DNA of 64,000 nt, from the NCBI GenBank assembly GCA_964001175.1, contig CAXFAS010000003.1:46335-110334 (forward strand), read 5' to 3'. Of this stretch, positions 33,068-43,320 are shown piece by piece. Position 1 is the stretch's first letter. The number at the start of each line of letters is the position of its first letter. The position numbers and the translations under genes are program-made. The notes below the pieces were generated by a model. It saw nothing but the letters and a program-made list of their open reading frames with translations. It was not told the origin of the DNA and did not search any database. This DNA comes from an uncultured euryarchaeote. GTDB lineage: Archaea > Thermoplasmatota > Poseidoniia > Poseidoniales > Poseidoniaceae.

Positions 33068-34033
33068 ATGACCCGGATGTCAGAACTCCTAAAGAGGCTG
33101 GTTGAAGGTGGTATCGAAGTAACTAATGATATCAAGAAAGTAATGATTGAAACAGATATTGAATTGTTTTCTGATTATGACTGCGAACCTTTTTATTCAG
33201 ATAGACCTATTCCATTTACAGAAACTGAACTTGGAGAAGTTAAGACAATTTCAGCGCCTCACATGATTGTTACTTTGCTTCATTACATGGAATTATTGGA
33301 AGGTCAAGAAGTAATTATTGTTGGTTCTAAAGGAGGCTATTTAGCAGCATTAGTTGCACAATTGATAGGGGAAAAAGGGATTGTTAGAGTTCTAGATACC
33401 TGCTCAAATGTTATTTCACATTCTAAGCAGAGACTTACCCATTGGCCAACAATTGAATTTAGAGAATTAGAATCAATAGAAGTATCGCCAGTTGCATTCC
33501 CTGGAGAATTTGATAGAGTATTGATAACTGGCAATATAGAAGAATTACCAGATTGGATAACTGCAAGGATTAGTGATGCTGGATTTGTTATTGCTCCACT
33601 TGGTCCAAGTAGTAATCAACATTTGATGAAAATAGAAAAACAGGGAGATCATCTATTGCCAACTAATCTAGGACCTGTTTGTTTCGGATCATTGGAAAGT
33701 GAAAAAAATGAAGACCAATATATTAGTCCAATTGAACTTGCTGAACTATTAGAACTTGTGATTCAAACATGTCAAGAATTAGAAATTATAGAAGAAGATG
33801 AGATTAATCAATTGCAAGATATTATTGCTGAACTGTATTTTTTACCTGATGACTTACCTCCTGTTGGCGAAGGAGGAATTCCGATATCTAGCCATCCTAT
33901 GTTCAAATCATTAATAGAAAAGTCTGATTCTTTTATTCGATTTTGGCCAATATTACAAGTTATATTACACCCAATAATCAGACAAATTGGATTTGAGAAT
34001 TGGATTTTTGATGATTTCGAGAGCCTAGAATAA
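33068..34033 (+). CDS. Protein-L-isoaspartate O-methyltransferase-like protein (diverged)
   Basis: TISAPHM, GYLAAL, FDRVLIT, VIAPLG. Confidence 0.75.
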   Translation: MTRMSELLKRLVEGGIEVTNDIKKVMIETDIELFSDYDCEPFYSDRPIPFTETELGEVKTISAPHMIVTLLHYMELLEGQEVIIVGSKGGYLAALVAQLIGEKGIVRVLDTCSNVISHSKQRLTHWPTIEFRELESIEVSPVAFPGEFDRVLITGNIEELPDWITARISDAGFVIAPLGPSSNQHLMKIEKQGDHLLPTNLGPVCFGSLESEKNEDQYISPIELAELLELVIQTCQELEIIEEDEINQLQDIIAELYFLPDDLPPVGEGGIPISSHPMFKSLIEKSDSFIRFWPILQVILHPIIRQIGFENWIFDDFESLE

Positions 34034-34049
34034 CTCTTGAGGTGAAATA

Positions 34050-35036
34050 ATGGTCAAGACTTCAAATCCATTCGCTTCTCAATTAAATCACAAAGATGTA
34101 AGTATTAGGAGAAAAGCAGTACGCACTTTATTTGAGATGGATGACCCTCAAAACTTAGAGGCATTTCATTCATTGCTCAATGATAAAGACTCATGGTTTA
34201 GGTCTAAAGCACTTGAAGCTCATAGAATGTGGGCTAGTAAAATTGGAATTACTTCATTAGAATTTTTAGCAAGTCACAGAAGTATTGATGCTAAAAGATG
34301 TGCTGCAAACCTACTCGAGGAATTTGATGAGGATACTAGTGAAATTGCTAAAATATTATTGAAAAATGATGATATGATCTGTCAAATAAAAGCTAGTAAA
34401 GCATTGGTTAAATACGATATTGATGGGACATATACGAGAAAGTTTTTATCTTCAGAAAATGAAAAGATTGTATCTATTGCATTATCCAGTGAAAAAATTT
34501 CCAAGGAACAATTGATTGAAATTCTTCAAGGAAAATCAATTTCTGTAAAGAATGTAGCATTGAAAAAATTATACAATTATGATTATAGCATAGATGATGA
34601 TATTTTGCTAAAATTAATTGAACAAGGAGTCGAAGAAAAAGAAATAATCCCTTTTGCAATTAATAATTCAAGTGAATGCCTGATAAAATTAGCACTAGGA
34701 AACGACTCAAAAGTAATTAAAAAATTAGTATTAGATTTGAAAAGCAGATTTGATTCTACTGAAGAACCTGTAATTCAACTATTAATAGAAAATAATTGTC
34801 ATGTCGTATTAGGTAGATGGTTACAAGGAAGAAAAGATACTCAGAGCGACAAACTAAGATGGGAAATTATTGAAAATGAAGAAGTAGATGAAATAGAGAG
34901 ATCTAGATTACTTGAGCGACTATTAGGACGAACCAATGAACAAGAAATAAAGATAAAAGCGGAAGAACTATTAAAATCAACAAATAGTGAATTATTGAAG
35001 ATTATAGCACATAACCTTTCAACTGCCGGTGATTAA
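34050..35036 (+). CDS. HEAT-repeat protein
   Basis: DVSIRRKAVRTL, LLNDKDSWFRSKAL repeats. Confidence 0.75.
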   Translation: MVKTSNPFASQLNHKDVSIRRKAVRTLFEMDDPQNLEAFHSLLNDKDSWFRSKALEAHRMWASKIGITSLEFLASHRSIDAKRCAANLLEEFDEDTSEIAKILLKNDDMICQIKASKALVKYDIDGTYTRKFLSSENEKIVSIALSSEKISKEQLIEILQGKSISVKNVALKKLYNYDYSIDDDILLKLIEQGVEEKEIIPFAINNSSECLIKLALGNDSKVIKKLVLDLKSRFDSTEEPVIQLLIENNCHVVLGRWLQGRKDTQSDKLRWEIIENEEVDEIERSRLLERLLGRTNEQEIKIKAEELLKSTNSELLKIIAHNLSTAGD

Positions 35037-35044
35037 AGCGTATT

Positions 35045-36898
35045 ATGCGAGAGGGTTATTCGGGAATAAGCTTTCTTTTCGACGCGACTGAGGGAGAGAG
35101 TAAACACTTACATGTTGGGCTAGAAATAGAGGGCCCATTTACTAAATCAAATTTAGTTCTTAGTTTTCCTAGATGGGTACCTGGGTCTTATTTTCTAAGA
35201 GAGCCAATACAATATATGTTTGATTTTGAGGCACGAAATGATAAAGATCAAATTCTAAAATCTGAAAGAAAAAATGTAGATTCAATGAAGATTGTATTAA
35301 CTGAGAATACTAGTTCTGTATCAATAAAGTACAAGATTATTGCAAGAGAGTTATCTTGTCGCTCAACACATCTAGATAATTCTCACGTCCATATGATGCC
35401 ACCGTTTACTTGGTTTCTCCCAACATCTGGAATTGACTCGAATAGGATGGATATGATTCATCAGATAAAGTCACATTTACCTGAAGAATGGATTCCAGCA
35501 ACTCAGTATCTTCAAGTATCTAAAAGCAAATGTAAAGGAGCACTTACTAATAACACTGGGAATACATTCCTATTTGAATCTCCAAATAGAGATGAATTAT
35601 TAGATGGGATTATTGAAGCAAATTCAAACCCAAATATCACTTGGGTTGTTGAAGGTAGAACTCATCACCTAAAAATTTGGGATAGTGGAGGATTTGTTCC
35701 TAACTCAGATATGCTGGATAGATTCAAGCTTGATATGAATAAAATTATTCGAGAACATCATGCCCTATTTGGAATTCCTTCATGGGATAACTATGTCACT
35801 GTGCTGCATTTTACTGAAAAATCTAGGGGTGGTTTAGAACACTTAAATTCACAAACCTCTATGTTACCTAGACAGTGTTTGATGCCTGGTTTTATTGATG
35901 AATACAGAGATTTAGTCAGTTTATTCAGTCATGAATATCTACACCAATGGAACGTTAAAAGGCTTAGACCGAGAAATTTCATTAATTACGACTTGCAAAA
36001 AGAAGTTCATTCTGACCTATTGTGGTGGTTCGAAGGTACTACTTCTTGGCTAGGAGATGTTCTTTGCGTTAGGTCCGGAGCTTGGAGTGAGGAAGATTGG
36101 AGAAAAGATTTCCTCCGTAAAATGAAGAGACATACTTTGAGACATGGAATGGAAAAAGAGTCTTTAGCAGAATCGAGTCATGATGCCTGGATTCACCTTT
36201 ATAGAAGCCATTCCTTTTCTAGAGAAACTCAAATTTCATATTACTTAGAAGGTGAGTTGGCAATATTCTGTCTAGATGTAGAACTTAGAAAGCGCTCTAA
36301 CGGAGAATCTGGGGTTTGTGAATTGATGTCTCTTTTATGTAAAAAGTATGCAATTGAATATCCTAATGTCGAAAAATTAGGTGTCAATTATAATGATATC
36401 AGATCTACTCTTACCTCTATGAAAGGTGGACTAAGACTAGGTAAATTACTAGATTCGCTAGTTTTTGAGAGGAAGGCTCCTGATGTGAAAAAGGCTTTAC
36501 AATTCTTTTCTCTAGATTTGGTTACTGAAAAGGCAGTCAAAGATGATGAGGAATTAGAAGGTTGGTTAGGTTTACAACTTCGTCAATCAAATAAACAAAT
36601 TTTAGTTAGTTCACATCAACAAGATTCACCTGTAAGAAATATCATAATGCCTGGAGATGAGATTTTAGCCTTGGATGGATTTAGAATGACTGATATCGGA
36701 ACCTTGAACAAATTCTTGAAAGGAATGGCTAATAAGGACACTGAGATAACTTATACCCATGAAGGGATTATCAAGAAATGTACGTTAGTACTTCCAACCT
36801 CACCACAACGACTAGTAAAACTTGAAGGAAAAGGAAATAAAAAATGGTCTAGATATATTAACTCAAGGCAAACTACTTCAAATTCTCCAGAGGAATAA
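35045..36898 (+). CDS. M61 glycyl aminopeptidase with PDZ domain
   Basis: PRWVPGSY, GGLEH, HEYLHQWNVKR, WWFEG, PGDEILALDG. Confidence 0.92.
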   Translation: MREGYSGISFLFDATEGESKHLHVGLEIEGPFTKSNLVLSFPRWVPGSYFLREPIQYMFDFEARNDKDQILKSERKNVDSMKIVLTENTSSVSIKYKIIARELSCRSTHLDNSHVHMMPPFTWFLPTSGIDSNRMDMIHQIKSHLPEEWIPATQYLQVSKSKCKGALTNNTGNTFLFESPNRDELLDGIIEANSNPNITWVVEGRTHHLKIWDSGGFVPNSDMLDRFKLDMNKIIREHHALFGIPSWDNYVTVLHFTEKSRGGLEHLNSQTSMLPRQCLMPGFIDEYRDLVSLFSHEYLHQWNVKRLRPRNFINYDLQKEVHSDLLWWFEGTTSWLGDVLCVRSGAWSEEDWRKDFLRKMKRHTLRHGMEKESLAESSHDAWIHLYRSHSFSRETQISYYLEGELAIFCLDVELRKRSNGESGVCELMSLLCKKYAIEYPNVEKLGVNYNDIRSTLTSMKGGLRLGKLLDSLVFERKAPDVKKALQFFSLDLVTEKAVKDDEELEGWLGLQLRQSNKQILVSSHQQDSPVRNIIMPGDEILALDGFRMTDIGTLNKFLKGMANKDTEITYTHEGIIKKCTLVLPTSPQRLVKLEGKGNKKWSRYINSRQTTSNSPEE

Positions 36899-37280
36899 AT
36901 ATTGGCGGCACATCATAAGAAAAAATATGTCTGCTAGTTTTAGGAGGATATAAGTCGCCAGATAGACACATTTCTATTACCTCATCCTTAGAAATGGAAT
37001 CTAGGTTAGAATTAGGCCATATTTCGACAATTATGTTTTCATCGCTAAGGTAATCTACGCAAATTGCAGGAACTAAATTTAAGCTCATTAAATTTGCAAC
37101 CGAAAAACGGTGATGTCCATCTAGTAATGAACCTGTATTCTTATCTACAATCAAAGGCTTAGTAAAGCCGCCCCACTTTTGTGTCATCTGCAGTAACTTA
37201 TCTCTAGCTTTTTCTTTAATTTCTTCATGTGGCTTTAACCATTCAAGTGGGACCAAAGAAACCGAATCATCACTCCACAT
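36873..37280 (-). CDS. Stand-alone ParB/sulfiredoxin-like domain protein
   Basis: LKPHE, KPLIVD, LLDGHHR, PPKTSRH. Confidence 0.82.
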   Translation of the reverse strand: MWSDDSVSLVPLEWLKPHEEIKEKARDKLLQMTQKWGGFTKPLIVDKNTGSLLDGHHRFSVANLMSLNLVPAICVDYLSDENIIVEIWPNSNLDSISKDEVIEMCLSGDLYPPKTSRHIFSYDVPPIFIPLENLK

Positions 37281-37351
37281 AATTAAATCGAAGATGGTTT
37301 GAAGGATAATGCTTTGGTGCAATTGATTATAGGGAGAATGGGGGAGATAGT

Positions 37352-38707
37352 TTGAGGCGACTGATAAACGGCCTGGAAGCTGATTTAGTTGGCATTACAT
37401 GTCCTCCAAAAACTAGAAACTTTATCCAACATTTACCAGATGATTTAATTGAAATTCTGAACAAAATAGCAACAAATAGTGGTGGTGTTTGGATTGTTGG
37501 AGGAGCTGTAAGAGATTGGTTAATAGGACATAAACCTGAAGATTTTGATTTAGCAGTAAATTTTACTCCAGAAAAGATGCTGGAAATATTTCCTGATGCG
37601 ATCCTAACCGGAGAGGATTTTGGGACCTTATCGCTAAGAGGGGAAAATTGCTTGTATCAAGCAACTACGCTTAGAAGCGATGGAAAATATTTCGATGGTA
37701 GAAGGCCTGAAAATGTAATTTGGGGAGATTCCTTGAAAAAAGATTTGGAAAGAAGAGACTTTACTATTAATGCAATGGCAATTGATGTTGCCAGAGAGTT
37801 ACTATATGACCCTCATAATGGAAGAAATGATATTTCTAGAGGAATTATTAGAGCGGTCGGAAATGCACACCAAAGGCTATCTGAAGATGGATTAAGAATC
37901 ATGAGAGCATATAGATTTGCAGACAGGAGAGACAAAGGTGTTTGGGAACTAGAAAATAGTCTAGAAATCTCTATATCTCAACAAAAGCACATGCTAGATA
38001 ATATCTCAAGAGAACGAATATTTATTGAATGGAAGAAGATTCTTTCCGGACAAAATTCCAGCAATATAATTCGAAAAATGGGACTTATGGGGGTATTAGA
38101 CAGATTTTTAATTGGTAAATGGGATGAGAAATTTAACATCTTTGAAGCATTAAAAAACGACCTTTCAATTTTTTCTGGTTTAGAAAAATTTGCTCTTATG
38201 TTAAGTGAAAATACTAGTGAAGAAGTGACAATGATTTGTAAAGAATTAAAAATGTCAAAAATTGAAAGAAATCATATTATTTCAATTCATAAAAGATTTG
38301 GACATATACCAGAAATGAGTAAACAATCAATAAGGAAATTTCGATATATTTTGCAAGATTTTACAATTAAGCATCTAAAATTAGAGAAAATAATTATCAA
38401 TTCTAATATTTCTATTGGTGGACTAAGTGCGCCAACTCATGATACTATGATGGTTGAGGAAATTATTGATTCTCTTCAAATTATTGAAAAACAAAAAACT
38501 CAATCTGAACCACTTGCAGATGGAAATTGGATTATGATTCAAACCGGCTTGCAGAAAGGTGAGAAGCTCGGTAGATTGAAGGCTTGGCTGCATTCAATTC
38601 AAATCGAAAGAGATTTAGTAAGTTTATCTCAAATTGAAAAGGTTCTTTCTACGCTTTCATGGAATAATACCGATTACAAAAACTGGCCGGAGTTGAAATT
38701 CCCATAG
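37352..38707 (+). CDS. cca: Class II (bacterial/eukaryotic-type) tRNA nucleotidyltransferase
   Basis: GGAVRD...DFD, RRDFTINAMA, EDGLRIMRAYRF, SRERI. Confidence 0.88.
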   Translation: MRRLINGLEADLVGITCPPKTRNFIQHLPDDLIEILNKIATNSGGVWIVGGAVRDWLIGHKPEDFDLAVNFTPEKMLEIFPDAILTGEDFGTLSLRGENCLYQATTLRSDGKYFDGRRPENVIWGDSLKKDLERRDFTINAMAIDVARELLYDPHNGRNDISRGIIRAVGNAHQRLSEDGLRIMRAYRFADRRDKGVWELENSLEISISQQKHMLDNISRERIFIEWKKILSGQNSSNIIRKMGLMGVLDRFLIGKWDEKFNIFEALKNDLSIFSGLEKFALMLSENTSEEVTMICKELKMSKIERNHIISIHKRFGHIPEMSKQSIRKFRYILQDFTIKHLKLEKIIINSNISIGGLSAPTHDTMMVEEIIDSLQIIEKQKTQSEPLADGNWIMIQTGLQKGEKLGRLKAWLHSIQIERDLVSLSQIEKVLSTLSWNNTDYKNWPELKFP

Positions 38708-38757
38708 TTGCAGTAATTTGAATAGTTAGAGGCTTTACCATTATGTGAGGGGCGTAA

Positions 38758-39846
38758 ATGATAATTGAACAGTTAGAAAATAAAATCTCATCTGGAGCGG
38801 GTTTGAATTCATTGACTGACAATGAATTATCACAATTAGCAATACACTTTGTAGGAGATGCTCCTCCATCTCATGTCCCTAGAGAAACCATAATCAGTAT
38901 TTTATCAGAACAAGATAGTGTCAAAAAATGGCAGCAAGGTGTAATTGAAAAGGCTAGATTACTAGCAAGTAGTAAAATTTCAGAAACTGTTGAAAATGTT
39001 CAATCTAAGATTGAGGAAAATGATGATAACCCAATGGTTGCTGTGATAAAGGATAAGTTTGGAAAATGGCTTGTTGATTCAGGATATACTGTATCTGAAT
39101 TGACTGTAAAGTTAGATAAAAATGTCGATGGAACAATTACCATGGAGGAAATTTCTGAATTCATTTTTGATTTGACTGGTACTCAGCCTCCTAGTTGGGT
39201 TTTATCTCATGTTCATAGTGTATTGGATAGAAACTCAGATGGGATAATTGAAGTTTCTGAGTTATGGTCTTATCTTGAAGAGATCGGATTTGAAATTCCT
39301 GAAATCGAAGATCCTGTAATCGAAGAATCAAAAGATAATATTTCTGAAGTTGAAACGTTGATATCAGATGAAGAATTTGAGAGAGAACTTGAAGAAATAG
39401 AATCTCATGTAGAAAATGAAGTTGAACAAATTGTTGTAGAAACTGAATCGAAAATTGAACACGATGAGATTGAACAAGAAGTAATTGAAGAAGTAAACAA
39501 AATATCAACTAATATCGAGAAAACTATTGAACTTTTAGAAAATTCAAAGCTTCATAGTGAAGCATTATCTATAATCTCAAACTCCTTAGAAGGAAGTTGT
39601 AATCTACAGATTGAAAGGATAGAGAATAATCTAATGGTTTCAGATAGTTATCGTGGTGGAAAAACGTTAGTTGGTTTATTAGATGGCGGACCTTACAGTG
39701 TTGCAGTATTATTTGAACCTGAATTTAATGAACTAATTGATCAAAAAGTAACTAAAACAAAAATTGTCTCATTTGATGCTAGATTATTTGAGTGGTCTAG
39801 TGGACTTAGACAAGCTAAACTCAAGGGTAAATCACTGATAATTTAA
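38758..39846 (+). CDS. EF-hand domain protein
   Basis: DKNVDGTITMEE and DRNSDGIIEVSE loops, acidic linker. Confidence 0.8.
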   Translation: MIIEQLENKISSGAGLNSLTDNELSQLAIHFVGDAPPSHVPRETIISILSEQDSVKKWQQGVIEKARLLASSKISETVENVQSKIEENDDNPMVAVIKDKFGKWLVDSGYTVSELTVKLDKNVDGTITMEEISEFIFDLTGTQPPSWVLSHVHSVLDRNSDGIIEVSELWSYLEEIGFEIPEIEDPVIEESKDNISEVETLISDEEFERELEEIESHVENEVEQIVVETESKIEHDEIEQEVIEEVNKISTNIEKTIELLENSKLHSEALSIISNSLEGSCNLQIERIENNLMVSDSYRGGKTLVGLLDGGPYSVAVLFEPEFNELIDQKVTKTKIVSFDARLFEWSSGLRQAKLKGKSLII

Positions 39847-39848
39847 AA

Positions 39849-41018
39849 TTAAACAAGTGAACGAGAAATAACAATTCTTTGTACTTCTTGAGTCCCTTCA
39901 TAAATTTGGGTGATCTTAGCATCTCTGAAGAATCTCTCAACTGGGAATTCTTTGGTATAGCCATATCCGCCCAAAACTTGTATGGCTTTTTCAGAAACCC
40001 ACATTGCGGTATCGCCAGCGAATAATTTTGCCATACTTGCTTCTTTGGTGTGTCTTGGTCCGCCGTGTTCATAGTGCTCTTGTTTTGCCCAAGAGGCTTT
40101 GTAGACCAGTAAACGTGCAGCGTCTATCTTGGTAGCCATATCAGAAAGATAAGCCATAATCATTTGATGATATGCAATTGGTTTTCCAAATGCTTCTCTT
40201 TCATGTGAATATTTTAGAGCGGATTCATACGCGCCTTGAGCAATTCCTAAGGCTTGTGCTGCAATCCCAATACGACTATTATCTAAGGCATTCATAGCAA
40301 TCGGGAATCCTTTTCCGACGCCTTTCAAGACATTCTCAACAGGGACTTTACAATCTTCTAAAATTAATGTACAGGTATCTGAAGACCTGATTCCGAGTTT
40401 ATCTTCTTTCTTTCCTACCTTGAAGCCTTCAAAACTAGAATCTACGATGAAAGCAGTAGTTCCACCATGTTTCTTTACACCATAGTCTGGATGGTCGACA
40501 TCTTTAGCGAACAGTACGATAATTTTCGCCTGTGCACCGTTTGTTACCCACATTTTCTCACCATTCAAAATATAATTCTTACCATCATCAGATAGTTTTG
40601 CTTTACAAATCATTGCTGCAGCATCTGTACCTGCTCCTGCTTCTGAAAGAGAATATGCACCTACTTCACCTGCAGCCAATCTAGTCAGATATTTCTGTTT
40701 CTGTTCTTCATTTCCGTGTAAGGAAATTGTCTTAGAACAAAGGCCAACGTGAACACAGAACATGACTCCAAAAGAGGGATCTACTCTAGAAAGTTCTTCG
40801 ACAATTATTGATTCTGAAATATCATCAACTGGAGATCCGCCATATTCTTCTGGAATTGTAACTCCTTGAAGACCATATTCAAGAAAAGATTCCCATTCCT
40901 CCGAAGGAGGTGTTTGAGTCTTATCTCTATGTTCTACTGTGGGTGCAAGTACAGTCTCAGCAAAGTCTCGAACCATTTCCCGAATCATTTGCTGTTCATC
41001 GTTTTCTGCAAAATTCAT
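39849..41018 (-). CDS. Acyl-CoA dehydrogenase
   Basis: SLSEAGAGTD, NGEKMWVTN, KLGIRSS, GGYGYTKE, IYEGT. Confidence 0.95.
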   Translation of the reverse strand: MNFAENDEQQMIREMVRDFAETVLAPTVEHRDKTQTPPSEEWESFLEYGLQGVTIPEEYGGSPVDDISESIIVEELSRVDPSFGVMFCVHVGLCSKTISLHGNEEQKQKYLTRLAAGEVGAYSLSEAGAGTDAAAMICKAKLSDDGKNYILNGEKMWVTNGAQAKIIVLFAKDVDHPDYGVKKHGGTTAFIVDSSFEGFKVGKKEDKLGIRSSDTCTLILEDCKVPVENVLKGVGKGFPIAMNALDNSRIGIAAQALGIAQGAYESALKYSHEREAFGKPIAYHQMIMAYLSDMATKIDAARLLVYKASWAKQEHYEHGGPRHTKEASMAKLFAGDTAMWVSEKAIQVLGGYGYTKEFPVERFFRDAKITQIYEGTQEVQRIVISRSLV

Positions 41019-41138
41019 GTTTCTCCCTATACACCCCAAAAGGCCGTGTTTCTTAACCCGTTTGTATAAAGTTGAATTTCTGATTTTCCCAAACTATTCA
41101 AATACAATGCCTTTGAGGCGCGTTTAGGAGGAAATGTT

Positions 41139-41540
41139 ATGGAAGATGAAACCCTACAATTTAAGGTTGCACACAATAGGAAATATTCTACTTCTCATTT
41201 GTGGTACCAAGAAAAAGATGACAAACTAATGATTGGAGTTAGCGAATTTTTGAAATTTGAAATTGGCGAAGTTCTAAGAATTATTTTGCCCCAAGCAGAA
41301 ACAGAGGTCGATGAAGGAGATGGAATGTTTTCAATTTGGACTGCCGAAGAAAAACTACCATTTGCCGCTCCTTTCTCCGGACTGATAACTGAAGTTAACG
41401 GAGAAGTTGAGTACAGCCCTCACCTAGCAAATGAATCACCATATGATCTCGGCTGGATTATCATTCTTGAACCTCATAACCTAGATCTTGAATTACTCTT
41501 AGATCCAGATGAATATGTTGATTATTTAGCAGATCTATGA
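41139..41540 (+). CDS. Glycine cleavage H-like protein with altered lipoyl site
   Basis: YSTSHLW, APFSGLITEVN, NESPYDLGW. Confidence 0.85.
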   Translation: MEDETLQFKVAHNRKYSTSHLWYQEKDDKLMIGVSEFLKFEIGEVLRIILPQAETEVDEGDGMFSIWTAEEKLPFAAPFSGLITEVNGEVEYSPHLANESPYDLGWIIILEPHNLDLELLLDPDEYVDYLADL

Positions 41541-41552
41541 GTGGTGCCAAGT

Positions 41553-42122
41553 ATGAATGCGATGGACCTCTTAAGAGAAAGTCTCGCAAATGCTCCAGTA
41601 ATTTGGAAAGGTGACTATCCTTATTTTATTCACCCAATTACTGATGGTGTGCCCCGATTAGATGCTAATGTTCTATCTGCAGTATCTGAATTATCAATTG
41701 AATCAATCGATTGGAAAGATATTGATTTAATTCTAGGAATTGAAGCGATGGGACTACCATTAACTTCTCCAATTAGCGTTCAGACTGGAATTCCTTTAGT
41801 TATTGCTAGAAAAAGAAAATATGACCTGGATGGTGAAGTTACTATCGACCAAAGTACAGGTTATTCAAAGGGTGCAATGTATCTAAATGATATCAATCCC
41901 GGTGAGAAAATAGCTATTATTGATGATGTACTATCCACTGGTGGCACACTCAAAGCAGTAATTGAAGGAGTTAAAAAGGCTGGAGCTGAAGTAAAGCATA
42001 TTCTAGTTGTTGTAGAGAAAGGCCCTGGTTTAGAGAAGTTAAAAATTGACTATCCAGCCATTAAAATTGAATCTCTAGTTAAACTTGAAATGGATGGAGA
42101 AAAAATAGTTTTACTAAACTAA
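41553..42122 (+). CDS. Archaeal purine phosphoribosyltransferase (Hpt/Apt-like)
   Basis: YPYFIHPITDGVP, IEAMG, IIDDVLSTGGT. Confidence 0.88.
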   Translation: MNAMDLLRESLANAPVIWKGDYPYFIHPITDGVPRLDANVLSAVSELSIESIDWKDIDLILGIEAMGLPLTSPISVQTGIPLVIARKRKYDLDGEVTIDQSTGYSKGAMYLNDINPGEKIAIIDDVLSTGGTLKAVIEGVKKAGAEVKHILVVVEKGPGLEKLKIDYPAIKIESLVKLEMDGEKIVLLN

Positions 42123-42134
42123 GTTGGTGATATT

Positions 42135-43244
42135 ATGGATTTAGACCGTCACGATTTTGAATTAGATGATTTAGTCAAAAGAATCAGAGAAAATGATAAT
42201 CGACTAATTGCCTTACAAGTTCCTGAAGGATTGAAAATGCAAGCCTTGGAAATGATGGATGAAATAGAAACTGAAACAAGTGCTAAAGTTGTTTTAGCAG
42301 CTGACCCATGTTATGGCGCCTGTGATTTAGTGCATGATAAGATGAGTATGATGGGAGTGGAATTAGTAGCTCACATGGGGCACTCACAAATGAATATCGA
42401 TTCAGGTATGCCAACACAATTCATAGATGTAACATATGATGGTGATCCTGAGATTTCACCAGTAATTCCTTACTTAGAGGCGCATAGGAAAATGGCATTG
42501 GTTAGGAAAAGTGGACAAAATACTGAACAGGAATTATCTGATGATAAAGCAAAAGAAAAATTCCTAGACGCTGTTGGACGACTTTCCCCCCTAACTGATA
42601 CAAAACTTGGACTTGTTGGTTCTATTCAACACCTTCACTTGCTACCTGAATTTCATGACCGTCTTGAGAAAGCCGGCTTTGATGTCACAATTCCAATCGG
42701 AGGTGCAAGGCTATCATTCCCTGGACAAGTATTGGGTTGTAATTACTCCGGAGATGACCCTTCTATAGGTCATTATCTGTTTTTGGGGTCTGGAGATTTT
42801 CATCCAATCGGTTTAGTCCTTCACACTGGTAAACCTCTAGCAATGTTGGACCCTTATACTGGTGATGCTGAAGAGATGTCTTTAGAAAGAATTGAGAGGA
42901 TTCTTAGGCAAAGATTTGGACTGATTATGTCATGTGGAGATGCTAAATCATTTGGTATTCTTATTGGTGAAAAACCAGGACAAATGCGTAGAAGTCTTGC
43001 TTTAAAAATGAAAAGAACTCTAGAAAAGCATGGCAAAAAAGGATATTTATTGGCCTTAGAACATGTTGGACCAGATTTAATAGACTTCTATCCAGTTGAT
43101 GCTTTTGTAAATACTGCATGCCCAAGAATTGCAATAGATGATGCTGTTAGATATAGAAAACCATTGATCACACCCTTCGAATTAGAAGTTGCTTTGGGTG
43201 AAAAGAAATGGGAAACTGGATATATGTTTGATGAAATCCCTTAG
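42135..43244 (+). CDS. dph2: Diphthamide biosynthesis protein Dph2
   Basis: QVPEGLK, CYGACD, GQVLGC, TACPRI. Confidence 0.95.
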   Translation: MDLDRHDFELDDLVKRIRENDNRLIALQVPEGLKMQALEMMDEIETETSAKVVLAADPCYGACDLVHDKMSMMGVELVAHMGHSQMNIDSGMPTQFIDVTYDGDPEISPVIPYLEAHRKMALVRKSGQNTEQELSDDKAKEKFLDAVGRLSPLTDTKLGLVGSIQHLHLLPEFHDRLEKAGFDVTIPIGGARLSFPGQVLGCNYSGDDPSIGHYLFLGSGDFHPIGLVLHTGKPLAMLDPYTGDAEEMSLERIERILRQRFGLIMSCGDAKSFGILIGEKPGQMRRSLALKMKRTLEKHGKKGYLLALEHVGPDLIDFYPVDAFVNTACPRIAIDDAVRYRKPLITPFELEVALGEKKWETGYMFDEIP

Positions 43245-43320
43245 ATGGGTTAATTTTCGAACTTTTATTGAAAATTCCATCCGTATGTTCAATAACGGTT
43301 GGCGAAAGGCTTCCCATGTT

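Noticed and set aside
43245..43320. Replication origin (ORB elements) next to cdc6
   Set aside because: Gap is only about 76 nt and no ORB-like TCCA...GAAA/G-string repeats are seen on either side of the gene
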